From NCBI GenBank assembly GCA_021739625.1, contig JAIPBJ010000006.1, positions 5,334-69,333 of the forward strand: a stretch of 64,000 nt of DNA. Direction: 5' to 3'. Below are positions 38,787-50,258 of this stretch, one piece after another (position 1 is the first letter of the stretch; the number at the start of each line of letters is the position of its first letter). The position numbers and the translations under genes are program-made. The notes under the pieces were generated by a model. That model saw only the letters and a program-made list of their open reading frames with translations, had not been told where the DNA came from and ran no database searches. This DNA comes from Flavobacteriales bacterium. Lineage in GTDB: Bacteria; Bacteroidota; Bacteroidia; UBA10329.

Positions 38787-40009
38787 TGCGTTGGACTGCC
38801 GTGATGCTGATGCTGGGATGGCAGACCGCAGATGGCGGTGTCATCAGGGCCGGTGATGGCCGCAGCGTTGTGCAGGCGGTGGAGATGGCCGCAGCGGGCG
38901 ACACGGTGATAGTGCCGCAAGGGACTTACGCAGAAGGCAACATCCTGATCAGAAAGCCGCTGACAGTGCTCGGTGAGAACATGCCCGTGATGGACGGCCG
39001 CATGAAGGATGAGATATTCACCATCGCTGCCGAGCATGTGACCATCGATGGGTTCCGCATCATCAACACGGGAAGGTCGAGCATGGAGGATCTGGCGGGC
39101 ATCAAATGCCTTGACGCGCACCATGCCGTCATCCGTAACAACATCTTTGAGAACACTTTCTTTGGGATACATATTTCCAATTCGGACCACAGCACCATCA
39201 GCAACAACAAGCTGTCGTCTTCTGCCGAGTTCGAGTATCAGTTGGGCAATGGCATCCATCTGTGGAAGTGCAAGCATGCCTTGATCGAGGGTAACGAGGT
39301 CACCGGCCATCGAGATGGCATCTACTTTGAGTTCGTCACCCTTTCGTTCATCAGAAAGAACATCAGCCAAAAGAACATGCGCTATGGGCTGCATTTCATG
39401 TTCTCGCACGATGACGCGTATGAGGACAACGTGTTCCGTAACAACGGGGCGGGTGTTTCGGTGATGTACACCCGACATGTGAAGATGCACCGCAACGTGT
39501 TCGAGGACAATTGGGGCAGTTCATCCTACGGCCTGCTGCTGAAGGACATCAGCGACAGCGAGGTGATCGGCAACCGTTTCACAGGCAACACCAGCGGCAT
39601 ATATATGGAAGGCACGAGCCGCACAGTGTTTGACGGCAACCTATTCAGGCAGAACGGATGGGCCATCAAACTGATGGCAAGCTGTGACGGCAACAGTTTC
39701 AACCGGAATAATTTCAGCGGCAATACTTTCGACATCTCGACCAACGGGGCGCTTGTGCTCAACTCCATGAGCCACAACCATTGGGACAAGTATGAGGGCT
39801 ATGACCTCGACCGCGATGGAATAGGCGACATCCCGTTCCATCCCGTGAGCCTGTTCTCGGTCATCTCAGAGCACATCCCATCGGCCATGCTCATCTGGCG
39901 GAGCTTTCTGGTCTTTCTGCTTGACAGGGCCGAGAAAGTGATGCCCGCGGTGACGCCCGCCAACCTGAAAGACGATAACCCCATGATGCACGCCCATGAT
40001 CTCGGTTGA
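38756..40009 (+). CDS. nosD: Periplasmic copper-binding beta-helix protein NosD
   Basis: Parallel beta-helix repeats (many NN..x.N/G turns) with NosD-typical length; 30-nt overlap with nosL (start may be at 38783). Confidence 0.8.
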   Translation: MERNKKHLRMMRWTAVMLMLGWQTADGGVIRAGDGRSVVQAVEMAAAGDTVIVPQGTYAEGNILIRKPLTVLGENMPVMDGRMKDEIFTIAAEHVTIDGFRIINTGRSSMEDLAGIKCLDAHHAVIRNNIFENTFFGIHISNSDHSTISNNKLSSSAEFEYQLGNGIHLWKCKHALIEGNEVTGHRDGIYFEFVTLSFIRKNISQKNMRYGLHFMFSHDDAYEDNVFRNNGAGVSVMYTRHVKMHRNVFEDNWGSSSYGLLLKDISDSEVIGNRFTGNTSGIYMEGTSRTVFDGNLFRQNGWAIKLMASCDGNSFNRNNFSGNTFDISTNGALVLNSMSHNHWDKYEGYDLDRDGIGDIPFHPVSLFSVISEHIPSAMLIWRSFLVFLLDRAEKVMPAVTPANLKDDNPMMHAHDLG

Positions 40010-40709
40010 GGACATAAGGAAGAACTTCGGAAACCTGCGGGCCTTGGACGGGGTGAGCGTTGAGCTGTCGAAAGGCCGCTCCTACGCGTTCATCGGCCCA
40101 AACGGGTCGGGCAAGACCACGCTCATCAAATGCATCCTCGGACTGGTGATCCCCACCTCGGGCGACATCCGTCTGGAGGGAGAAAGCATTCTCAATCAAT
40201 GGGACTACCGCGCATCCATAGGCTACATGCCGCAGATAGGCCGCTACCCGGACAACATGCGCATAGGCCAGTTGATGGACATGATGATGAACATCCGCAA
40301 CCACAGCGGGGCGTTGGATGAGGAGCTGATTGCGGAGTTCCGACTGCGCGACATGTATGACAAGCCCATGCACGGCCTCAGCGGGGGAACCCGCCAGAAG
40401 GTGAGCGCGGCCTTGGCCTTCCTCTTCAACCCGCCCATGCTGATACTGGACGAGCCCACGGCCGGACTGGATCCGGTGTCGGTCGAGATACTGAAGGACA
40501 AGATCAACCGCGAGCGCACGGATGGCAAGCTAATCGTGATCACATCGCACGTGATGAGCGACCTCGATGAACTGTCCTCTGAGGTGATCTACATCTGCGA
40601 TGGGCGCATCCATTACAACGACTCGATAGACAACTTGAAGCAGGAGACCGGCCACGAGAGCCTTGGCCGCGCCATCTCCAAAATAATGAACCGTACAGCC
40701 ACCGCATAA
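39996..40709 (+). CDS. nosF: ABC transporter ATP-binding protein NosF
   Basis: Walker A GPNGSGKTT, signature LSGGTRQK, Walker B LILDEPTAGLD, H-loop. Confidence 0.85.
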   Translation: MISVEDIRKNFGNLRALDGVSVELSKGRSYAFIGPNGSGKTTLIKCILGLVIPTSGDIRLEGESILNQWDYRASIGYMPQIGRYPDNMRIGQLMDMMMNIRNHSGALDEELIAEFRLRDMYDKPMHGLSGGTRQKVSAALAFLFNPPMLILDEPTAGLDPVSVEILKDKINRERTDGKLIVITSHVMSDLDELSSEVIYICDGRIHYNDSIDNLKQETGHESLGRAISKIMNRTATA

Positions 40710-40721
40710 AGCCCACCCTCC

Positions 40722-41489
40722 GTGCCCCGCATCATCAAATACATCCTGTATGACATCCTGCGAACGCGGTTCATACTGTTCTACACGTTGTTCCTGCTGC
40801 TGAGCGCTGTGGGCATGTATCAACTCGACAGCGACACATCGAAGGTGGTGCTCAGCATGATGAACATCGTGCTGATCGTGGTGCCGCTGGTGAGCATCGT
40901 GTTCACCACCATCCATTTCTACAATTCCTACGAATTCATCGAATTGATGCTGGCGCAACCGGTGAACCGCACCGTGGTGTTCCTGTCGCAATACCTGAGC
41001 GTGGCGCTCTCGCTACTGCTGGCCTACACCGTGGGCATCGGGCTGCCGATGGTGTTCTACGGCACGGAGGCGAGCGGGCTCACGCTCATCCTGTCGGGGG
41101 CCATGCTCACGTTGGTGTTCGTGTCGCTTGCATTCCTTTCGGCCGTGCTCACACGCGACAAGGCGAAAGCCATCGGTGTGGCACTGCTGTTCTGGTTCTA
41201 CTTCTCGCTGATCTTCGATGCCTTCGTGCTGTGGATCCTCTACAGTTTCAGCGACTATCCGCTGGAGAAGGTGACCGTGGCCCTCATTGCCCTCAACCCC
41301 GTTGACCTTGCCCGCATTCTGATGATCCTGCAGCTCGATGTGTCGGCCCTCATGGGCTACACGGGCGCATTCTTCAAGGACTTCTTCGGTGGCGGAATGG
41401 GTTTCGCCTTTGCCACGGGCGTGCTGCTGCTCTGGGTGGCCGTGCCGCTGGGGCTGGCCATGCGCGTGTTCAAGCGCAAGGATCTTTGA
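40722..41489 (+). CDS. nosY: ABC-2 type permease NosY
   Basis: Six-TM ABC-2 permease immediately after nosF. Confidence 0.8.
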   Translation: MPRIIKYILYDILRTRFILFYTLFLLLSAVGMYQLDSDTSKVVLSMMNIVLIVVPLVSIVFTTIHFYNSYEFIELMLAQPVNRTVVFLSQYLSVALSLLLAYTVGIGLPMVFYGTEASGLTLILSGAMLTLVFVSLAFLSAVLTRDKAKAIGVALLFWFYFSLIFDAFVLWILYSFSDYPLEKVTVALIALNPVDLARILMILQLDVSALMGYTGAFFKDFFGGGMGFAFATGVLLLWVAVPLGLAMRVFKRKDL

Positions 41490-41507
41490 CGGGCAAACGG
41501 AATTCTT

Positions 41508-41675
41508 TTCATCAGAATGAGGTTTTCCTTCATCAGAATGGAGAATTCCTTCATCAAAAATCAGAATTCCTTCATCAGAATCGAAAATTCCTTCATCAAA
41601 AATCAGAATTCCTTCATCAGAATGGAGAATTCCTTCATCAGAATGGAGCATTCCTTCATCAGAACCCTCAGATCT
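41508..41675. repeat. Tandem array R2: 8 copies of a 21-bp unit (consensus TTCATCAGAATGGAGAATTCC) in the convergent gap between nosY and the outer-membrane gene
   Basis: Direct reading of 8 head-to-tail 21-mers with internal variants (AATGGAG / AAAATCA / AATCGAA); begins 19 nt after the nosY stop and ends at the stop codon of the minus-strand gene. Confidence 0.9.
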
Positions 41676-43785
41676 TGAACCGCACCTGCACCCGGATGTC
41701 CGTGCGGTGGTTGCCGTCTATCTCCTCCAGGCCGCTGCCCACGGTGGGGCGGTCGTGGTAGAAGAGGTTGGCGATGCGGAACCACACGCTGATGTTGCGC
41801 GTGATGTCGTAGCGGATGTTGAGGTACGCTTTCATCCCCTTGTAGTAATAGGCAGGGAAGGAATAGGCATAGAGGATGTCGTTCTCGTAGGCATAGATGC
41901 GGGCGTTGTAGGTCTCCGTGTCGAAATAGGCCAACCGCGTGCTGAACGAGACCGGGAAGCTGAGCGGTTTGAAGATGAGGTCCTGAAAGACCATGAAGCC
42001 CTGCTCCACATCGCCATCGCCCCTTCTGTAGCGTGAATACTCCACACGGCTGCGCAGCGACCACGCCTTGCTGAGACGGTAGCTCAGGTGCAGGCGGTAG
42101 GAGCTTCGCCTCTCATCCTCAATGTAGCGGATAGGCTCGGTGTTGCTGTCCGCAGAAACGGTCACCTCCTTGTTCTTCTGTCGGAAGCGGAACGAGATGT
42201 CGAGGTTGCGATTGGGGCGATAGCTGAGCTGCGCGATGCCTTCATAACCATAAGAAGGACTGTTGACCCCATAGCGCAGCCACGGGAAACGGAACAGGTC
42301 GAAGAACCCCGTCACATACCAGCCCCTGAACGGGTTGAGGCTCACTCCGAGATAATAGCCCGTCTCGTTGTTCATGCGCGAATTCTCGGTGACAGCATTG
42401 GCGTAAACCGCCTGATAGTCGGCCTCCAGATGGCGCACCATGGCCGTCACGGTCACTTTCGGGTCAAGCGTCATGAGCACCCCGTGCGTGGTGGCGAAAC
42501 CGAGGTTCTGGCTCATGCTGAATTCGCCATAGAAATTGAAATTGCGGAAAAGATAGCTGTAGTCCACCCCGAAGTTGCTGTTCTGTGTGCCGCTGAACTC
42601 GTTCACGTTGTAGAGGTCTGCACTGCGGGTGAAGGGTTTGGAGAAATGGTAGCCCACCCCTGTGAAACCCACCTGCAACCGCTTGTGGCGATAGTTGATG
42701 TTGCTCCCGTAGATGAGTTCATCGATCGCCTGTTTCTTCTCCAACTCACCGGGCGTGCGGTGGAATCCGCTGCTGAAAATGGAGCTGAACGCCTCCTCGG
42801 CCTCTGTCAATGTGTCGCTGGTGATGGAGGTGATGCTCGCGTCCACAGATTTGTAGCTGATGAAGGCCGTCACGTCCACCCGCTTGCCGATGGATATGGT
42901 GGCCGCGCCCCCGCGCAGGAAACGGTTCTCATCCACCGAGGTGTAGGGCCGCAGCCCCTGCGCATTGCGCTTCACCCCTACTCCATTGGCCGACTTGCCG
43001 AAGGCCAGCCCGCTGAAGAACGTGAGCCCCTGCCCGAACTGCGCCTGAAAATCGCCCAATGCTGCGGCCTTCAGAATGCCGATGTTGCGGACGAAGAGGT
43101 GCGCACTGTAGAAGTCGAAGCCCTGCTTCTGGGTTCCGGTGAAGAATTCCTCGCCCGCGTCCTTCTCCATCGTCACGCCCCAGCTCACACGGTTGCCGAA
43201 CTGAAAGCGGTATCGCGCCCACACGCGGTCGGGCGAGCCGAGATAGCGGCTGTTCGGGCTTTGGGCCAGCAGGCTGTCCTCAATCTCGGTGTAGCCCTTC
43301 TTCTCCTCCAAAGTGCGGTCGTAACGAACCACCAGCTCATGTCGGCCCTCCTTCCACATATTGCGCAGGTTGAACTTCGCGCTGCCCGACTCATTCACCG
43401 TGACGAATGGCATGATCATGCGGATGGTGTTCAGGGAGAATCCCTTGATGCCTTGCAATTCGAGGATTGACAGCAGATTTCCGTGGTCCTCGCGATGTTT
43501 CAGCAAAGCATTGATGGCGATGTCGTCCAGAATGATGAGGCGTTCGAGGTCATCGCGGGTGGCGGCATTGATGTTGAGCGGCTTCTCGCTGTAGATGAGC
43601 AGGTCGTCCACCAAGGTGTTGTAGTCGATGTTCTCATCGTTCTCACCGGCCTGCTCCGCGATGGTCTCCACCAGCACCTCTATCATCAGGCTATTGCGGG
43701 TGTCATTCTCCTCCTGCGCCCATGCTCTGCCTGCTGCCGACAGGGGCAGAAGCATGAGGAGCAGATATCGGCTGAGGGTTCTCAA
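41668..43785 (-). CDS. Outer-membrane protein with N-terminal helix-hairpin-helix (ComEA-like) region and C-terminal beta-barrel-like domain
   Basis: Signal peptide; HhH-like segment (LNINAATRDDLERLIILDDIAINALLKHRE..LSILELQGIKG); long alternating amphipathic C-terminal region ending in an aromatic-rich strand. Confidence 0.5.
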   Translation of the reverse strand: MRTLSRYLLLMLLPLSAAGRAWAQEENDTRNSLMIEVLVETIAEQAGENDENIDYNTLVDDLLIYSEKPLNINAATRDDLERLIILDDIAINALLKHREDHGNLLSILELQGIKGFSLNTIRMIMPFVTVNESGSAKFNLRNMWKEGRHELVVRYDRTLEEKKGYTEIEDSLLAQSPNSRYLGSPDRVWARYRFQFGNRVSWGVTMEKDAGEEFFTGTQKQGFDFYSAHLFVRNIGILKAAALGDFQAQFGQGLTFFSGLAFGKSANGVGVKRNAQGLRPYTSVDENRFLRGGAATISIGKRVDVTAFISYKSVDASITSITSDTLTEAEEAFSSIFSSGFHRTPGELEKKQAIDELIYGSNINYRHKRLQVGFTGVGYHFSKPFTRSADLYNVNEFSGTQNSNFGVDYSYLFRNFNFYGEFSMSQNLGFATTHGVLMTLDPKVTVTAMVRHLEADYQAVYANAVTENSRMNNETGYYLGVSLNPFRGWYVTGFFDLFRFPWLRYGVNSPSYGYEGIAQLSYRPNRNLDISFRFRQKNKEVTVSADSNTEPIRYIEDERRSSYRLHLSYRLSKAWSLRSRVEYSRYRRGDGDVEQGFMVFQDLIFKPLSFPVSFSTRLAYFDTETYNARIYAYENDILYAYSFPAYYYKGMKAYLNIRYDITRNISVWFRIANLFYHDRPTVGSGLEEIDGNHRTDIRVQVRFKI

Positions 43786-43872
43786 AGGGAAAATAGAAAA
43801 TTGAAAATTGAAAATCGTGGTTGCGTCACCTGTTCTGTGGACTATCGACCGTGGACTATGGACTCCCGACCC

Positions 43873-44706
43873 TTACCCCTTCTTCTTCACATTGAACATG
43901 TATGCCAACGATGCCTTGGGCGAGAAACCGAGGATGGGATGGATGGCCCCCGCGATGTCGAAATGGAAATGCTTGAGACGGAGCCCGAAACCGATGTCCA
44001 TGTGCAGCGGTAGGGTTCCCATTCCCAAGCGGATGGCGAACTGTTCCACAGGAAGGTATTCGATGCCGATCTTCACATTGGGGTCGAGCACAAGATCCTT
44101 CTCCACCTCCACGGCCATGAGCACCTTCTTCGAGAAATCGTATTGAAGGCCGAGGCGGAAGTTCATCGGTACACGCTCATCCGTGCCGTCCTCCAGCACG
44201 GTGCGGGTAAGGTTATAGGCATGGAATCCTGCGCGCAGTTTGGGCGTGATCTGCGATAGGAGACCTATCTCTGCCACAAAGCTGTGACGGTCGCCATAGC
44301 CTTCGGCCAGATGTGTGTTCAGATAGTTGAGCTGCAGGCCCACGCTCAGGAAGGGGAAGAGCTGCTTGCCGTAGGCCAGTCCGTAGCGGCTCTGGTTGTA
44401 GAGCGTATTGCCGAACCTCGCGAAGCTGATTCCGAAGGTGCCGAACTTGCTGGCAGGAATGGCAATGGTGGCGGCCTGCAGGTTGAGGTCGGGCAGCAGG
44501 AAACGGTTCTCGTAATAGACCGCAGCACCCGCCTGTTGCAGACCCGCCAATGCGGCCTGGTTGTGGTGAACGGCCCAGAGGTCGGTGAGCGCCACCGTGG
44601 CATGGCCCATGCCTGCCGAGCGCGCCCCCACCGGGAAATCGCTGCTCTGCGCAGAAGCGGACACGGCCGTCAGCAGAAAACCTATGGAGAGTAGAGTTGA
44701 CCTCAT
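43873..44706 (-). CDS. Small outer-membrane beta-barrel protein, FadL/PorV-like N-terminal motif (possibly PorQ/PorP-family T9SS-associated); family uncertain
   Basis: Signal peptide, GARSAGMGHATVALTD motif near the N-terminus, alternating beta-strand pattern, C-terminal ..MFNVKKKG. Confidence 0.45.
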   Translation of the reverse strand: MRSTLLSIGFLLTAVSASAQSSDFPVGARSAGMGHATVALTDLWAVHHNQAALAGLQQAGAAVYYENRFLLPDLNLQAATIAIPASKFGTFGISFARFGNTLYNQSRYGLAYGKQLFPFLSVGLQLNYLNTHLAEGYGDRHSFVAEIGLLSQITPKLRAGFHAYNLTRTVLEDGTDERVPMNFRLGLQYDFSKKVLMAVEVEKDLVLDPNVKIGIEYLPVEQFAIRLGMGTLPLHMDIGFGLRLKHFHFDIAGAIHPILGFSPKASLAYMFNVKKKG

Positions 44707-44873
44707 TCAGCCCGATGATGTGGCCGAAAGTACTACTTACGGCTATGGGCCGGGCGTTATGCCTCGGTTAAGTGATGTGGGAATTGAGAAAATGGAAAAT
44801 CGTAACCGAGGCCACCTCTGACCTTCACGACTACCTACCATTTTCAATTTTTCATTTTCTCGAAGTATGTTAA

Positions 44874-46583
<1,710 letters not shown>

Positions 46584-46838
46584 GCATAAGGCTCGCATAG
46601 CCTCGCGGTTCCTTTTTCCTGATGGTCGTTTTCGATGGTCGTTACTGATCGCCCTTGGCGGCAGTGGATGCCTTAACTTCAATATACAGAGGACTACGTA
46701 GGGCCGGTTCAATGCCCTGAATGTCCTTTGACCGTTGAAGGCCGGCCGGTCACACTGGCCTCCAAGGAATCCAGAAACCTTTCAAACGGGGCGGATCTGA
46801 AAAGCCAAACGAGTAGGGAACCCAAAGACCACATCATC

Positions 46839-48077
46839 ATGAACACAGTTTCTACACTCAAAAACCTTCCGATCGCACTGGTCCTGGGCCTCGCCCTTCT
46901 GCAATCGGCATCGGCCCAAACATGGACACTGATGGACGAGACCTTCACCCAGAGCATGAAGGAAATCGAATTCTTCGATGAGAACACAGGCATCGTAAGC
47001 CGGGGCTATGCCATGAACACGACCTCAGATGGCGGCACCTCATGGGGCAGCGACATCGATTTCACATGGACAGTGAACGCGCTCAAGTACACCGGGGGAT
47101 CCACCCTTTTTCTGGGCACCGGAAACGGCACGATCTTCAAATCTGTGGACGGTGGTGCCAACTGGTCTCAGATTGGAGGCTACATCGTCAGCGACATCCG
47201 CAGCATGGCCTTCAATGGGTCGAACGGCATTGTGGTGGACAACAACTGCAAGATCGCATGGACCAGCAATGGTGGCGACAGTTGGACTGCCATACCAAGC
47301 GATGACCTCTGCGGAAACCTGAGCCGCTTGGACCATGTGGACATGCCCTCCTCGACCGTGGCCTATGCGGGCGGAAACAACGGATACATGTTCAAGTCAA
47401 CGGACGGTGGTCAGACTTGGACGGCCATCACCTCACTGCCAGCAGAATTCGATGATATGAGCGGAATGTCGTTCCCGACCACCGAGGTGGGCTACATCAC
47501 CGGCAGCGTAATGAACGAGAATACGGCACTTGTGCTCAAGACCACCGATGGCGGTGCCAACTGGACGGACATCAGCGCTGGTCTGACCCAGAGCATATCG
47601 GACATCTTTGCAGTGAACGCCACCACAGTGTATGTGGGTGCAGGGGGCAACAAGATCTACAAGTCAACGGACGGAGGTGACAATTGGGCCGTGGATTATA
47701 CCCATCCTGTCTGCACGCAGTGCGCCATCAAGGAATTCGATCTGGGCGGCACCACGCTTTATGCCCTGTTCGACAACGGTGGAGAGCACAAGAAGATCGT
47801 GAAGCTGGCCAACGCCACGGTAGGGATCAACGACACACCGGACCAGAACACCTTCAGTGTCCGTCCCAACCCGAGCAATGGGATATTCAGCATCACTTTT
47901 CAAAAGGCCCCCGTACAACTGGATGTCTATGACGTTCTGGGCAATCTGTTGTTCTCAAAGGGAAACCTTTCCCTCACCAATGTTCAACTGGATCTGAGCC
48001 ATCTGTCCAAGGGCATTTATGTGATGAAGGCGTTCGATGGCACTGGCGCAAGCACGCAACGGTTGGTGATCGACTGA
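46839..48077 (+). CDS. Secreted BNR/Ycf48-like beta-propeller protein with T9SS type-A C-terminal sorting domain
   Basis: Signal peptide (LPIALVLGLALLQSASAQ); repeated S-x-D-G-G-x-(T/N)-W BNR motifs; C-terminal LDVYDVLGNLLF...KGIYVMKAFDGTGASTQRLVID CTD. Confidence 0.7.
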   Translation: MNTVSTLKNLPIALVLGLALLQSASAQTWTLMDETFTQSMKEIEFFDENTGIVSRGYAMNTTSDGGTSWGSDIDFTWTVNALKYTGGSTLFLGTGNGTIFKSVDGGANWSQIGGYIVSDIRSMAFNGSNGIVVDNNCKIAWTSNGGDSWTAIPSDDLCGNLSRLDHVDMPSSTVAYAGGNNGYMFKSTDGGQTWTAITSLPAEFDDMSGMSFPTTEVGYITGSVMNENTALVLKTTDGGANWTDISAGLTQSISDIFAVNATTVYVGAGGNKIYKSTDGGDNWAVDYTHPVCTQCAIKEFDLGGTTLYALFDNGGEHKKIVKLANATVGINDTPDQNTFSVRPNPSNGIFSITFQKAPVQLDVYDVLGNLLFSKGNLSLTNVQLDLSHLSKGIYVMKAFDGTGASTQRLVID

Positions 48078-48103
48078 CACCTGCCCGGAGCTTTGAAGGA
48101 AGA

Positions 48104-48135
48104 AGGCTGTCTCCCACACGGGGGCAGCCTTTTTC
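48104..48135 (+). terminator. Rho-independent terminator (GGCTGTCTCCCACACGGGGGCAGCC + TTTTT)
   Basis: Hairpin with ACAC loop and T-run 27 nt after the stop; shares the core TCCCACACGGGGGCA with the terminator at 6290-6324. Confidence 0.6.
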
Positions 48136-48342
48136 CATGACCTGCAAGCCCTGTTCGAAGACCGATGGAATGCAGGACGTTACGGCAGCAGGAGACATGC
48201 AATTCATCGCCCCGACACGGGTCTGCAACCGTGTTCGGGCATCGCACTGGCACAAGGGAACGGGTCATCTTCTTCCACATAAATCCTGATGCCCGCCCCC
48301 CTCTGCTAATCATATCTTTGCCGCCCTTAATTCTCAATTGGA

Positions 48343-50223
48343 ATGGATAAGAACTCGGCCATCGGGCTGACACTGATACTGCTGATATTCGTTGGATTCA
48401 GCTATTTCAACCAACCCTCGGAAGAGGAGGTCGCGGCTGCGAAGCACTCACAGGACTCGGTGGCGGCCGCACAGATAGAGCAACAGCAGGCACAGGAGAT
48501 GGCCGTTGTGAAGGAGGCCATCACTGAGCTTCCCACGGGGTTGGACACCACCCTTACGGACTCGGCCGCGCAGGTGGCGCTCACCTCACAGTTCGGGGCT
48601 TTCGGGGCTGCGGCCAAGGGCGAGGACGGTGTGGTGGTGCTGGAGAACGATGTGCTGCGCATGGAGGTGAGCCGCAAGGGCGGACACCCGCTGTCGGTGC
48701 AACTGAAGGACTACCGGACCCACGACTCGCTGCCGCTGATGCTCTTCGAGGGAGAGCAGAACCGGTTCGCTCTGGAATTCTTCTCGCAGAACAGGCGCAT
48801 CAGCACACAGGACCTCTATTTCCAACCATCGAACGAGGGCATCACCGTGACGGGCGATGGCGAGCGCAACCTGAGCATGAGGCTGAATGCCGGAGAAGGC
48901 CGCTATCTCGAATATGTCTATACGCTGAAGGGCAATGACTACATGGTGGATTTCGACATCAACCTTGTAGGGTTCGACCAGCTGATGGAGCGCAATGCCA
49001 CGAGCATCGACCTGCATTGGCGGGCCGACATGCCTTCGCAGGAGAAGAGTCTGAAGACCCAGCAGGAGAGCAGCACGGTCTATTACCGTTTCAATGACGG
49101 TGAAGTGGATTATCTCTCTGAGCGCAAGGACGAGAAGCAGAGCTTTGTGAACCGGTTGCAGTGGATCGGTTTCAAACAGCAGTTCTTCAGCACGGTGCTG
49201 ATCGCAGAGAGCGGTCTGGAGCCGCCCAGCGAGGTGGAGACCATTCACGATGAGGCCAGCCTCGATGTGGTGAAGACCTGCGATGCGCGGCTCACGCTGC
49301 CATTCGCGCATGGTGCGATGGAGCAGGTGGCGTTCAGATTCTATTTCGGCCCCAACCACTACAAGACACTGAAATCGTACGACATCGGCCTCGAACACCT
49401 CATTCCGTTGGGCTGGGGCATATTCGGGTGGGTGAACAAGTATGCGGTGATCCCCGTCTTCAACCTGCTGAGCGGGACCGGATGGAGCTATGGCATCATC
49501 ATTCTGATACTGACGCTGCTGCTGAAACTGATACTGGCGCCATTCACCTACAAGAGCTATCTGAGTTCGGCCAAGATGAAGGTGCTGAAACCGGAGATCG
49601 AGGAGCTGAACAAGAAATTCGAGGGCAAGGACGACCCCATGGCCAAGCAGCAGGCCACCATGGCGCTCTATAGCAAGGCGGGGGTGAACCCGATGGGCGG
49701 CTGCCTGCCCATGCTGCTGCAGATGCCCATTCTCATCGCCATGTTCCGGTTCTTCCCTTCAAGCATCGAGCTGCGGCAACAGCCTTTCCTGTGGGCCGAG
49801 GACCTGAGCAGCTATGACAGCGTTCTGAGCCTGCCGTTCGAGATTCCGTTCTATGGCGCCCACGTGAGCCTGTTCACCATACTCATGACCATCAGCACGC
49901 TCATATACACGCATAAGAACATGGCCATGAGCGCGGGCAACCCGCAGATGGAGCAGATGAAATGGATGATGTACCTCATGCCCTTCACCATGCTGTTCTG
50001 GTTCAACAGCTATGCATCGGGACTGAGCTACTATTATTTTCTGGCCAACATGGTGTCGTTCGGGCAGACCGCGCTTTTCCAACGTTTCGTGGACGAGGAC
50101 AAGCTCCACAAACAGATTCAGGAGAACAAGAAGAAGCCCGTGAAAAAGTCGGGGTTCCAGAAGCGTTTGGAGGACATGGCGAAGAGCCGTGGCTACGAGG
50201 CCCCCAAGCCGAAGAAGAAGTGA
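48343..50223 (+). CDS. yidC: Membrane protein insertase YidC
   Basis: Large periplasmic domain followed by the conserved five-TM core (..GWSYGIIILILTLLLKLILAPFTYKSY..PMGGCLPMLLQMPIL..) and a basic C-terminal tail. Confidence 0.9.
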   Translation: MDKNSAIGLTLILLIFVGFSYFNQPSEEEVAAAKHSQDSVAAAQIEQQQAQEMAVVKEAITELPTGLDTTLTDSAAQVALTSQFGAFGAAAKGEDGVVVLENDVLRMEVSRKGGHPLSVQLKDYRTHDSLPLMLFEGEQNRFALEFFSQNRRISTQDLYFQPSNEGITVTGDGERNLSMRLNAGEGRYLEYVYTLKGNDYMVDFDINLVGFDQLMERNATSIDLHWRADMPSQEKSLKTQQESSTVYYRFNDGEVDYLSERKDEKQSFVNRLQWIGFKQQFFSTVLIAESGLEPPSEVETIHDEASLDVVKTCDARLTLPFAHGAMEQVAFRFYFGPNHYKTLKSYDIGLEHLIPLGWGIFGWVNKYAVIPVFNLLSGTGWSYGIIILILTLLLKLILAPFTYKSYLSSAKMKVLKPEIEELNKKFEGKDDPMAKQQATMALYSKAGVNPMGGCLPMLLQMPILIAMFRFFPSSIELRQQPFLWAEDLSSYDSVLSLPFEIPFYGAHVSLFTILMTISTLIYTHKNMAMSAGNPQMEQMKWMMYLMPFTMLFWFNSYASGLSYYYFLANMVSFGQTALFQRFVDEDKLHKQIQENKKKPVKKSGFQKRLEDMAKSRGYEAPKPKKK

Positions 50224-50258
50224 GCATGGGTTCAAGGTTCAAGGTTCAAGGTTTGGGG

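Noticed and set aside
41486-41761. 91-aa ORF encoding FLHQNGE repeats
   Set aside because: Translation of the R2 tandem array; no start context, and it runs into the antisense strand of the outer-membrane gene.
42088-43470. 460-aa plus-strand ORF
   Set aside because: Antisense to the 705-aa outer-membrane protein gene; no motifs; compositionally biased.
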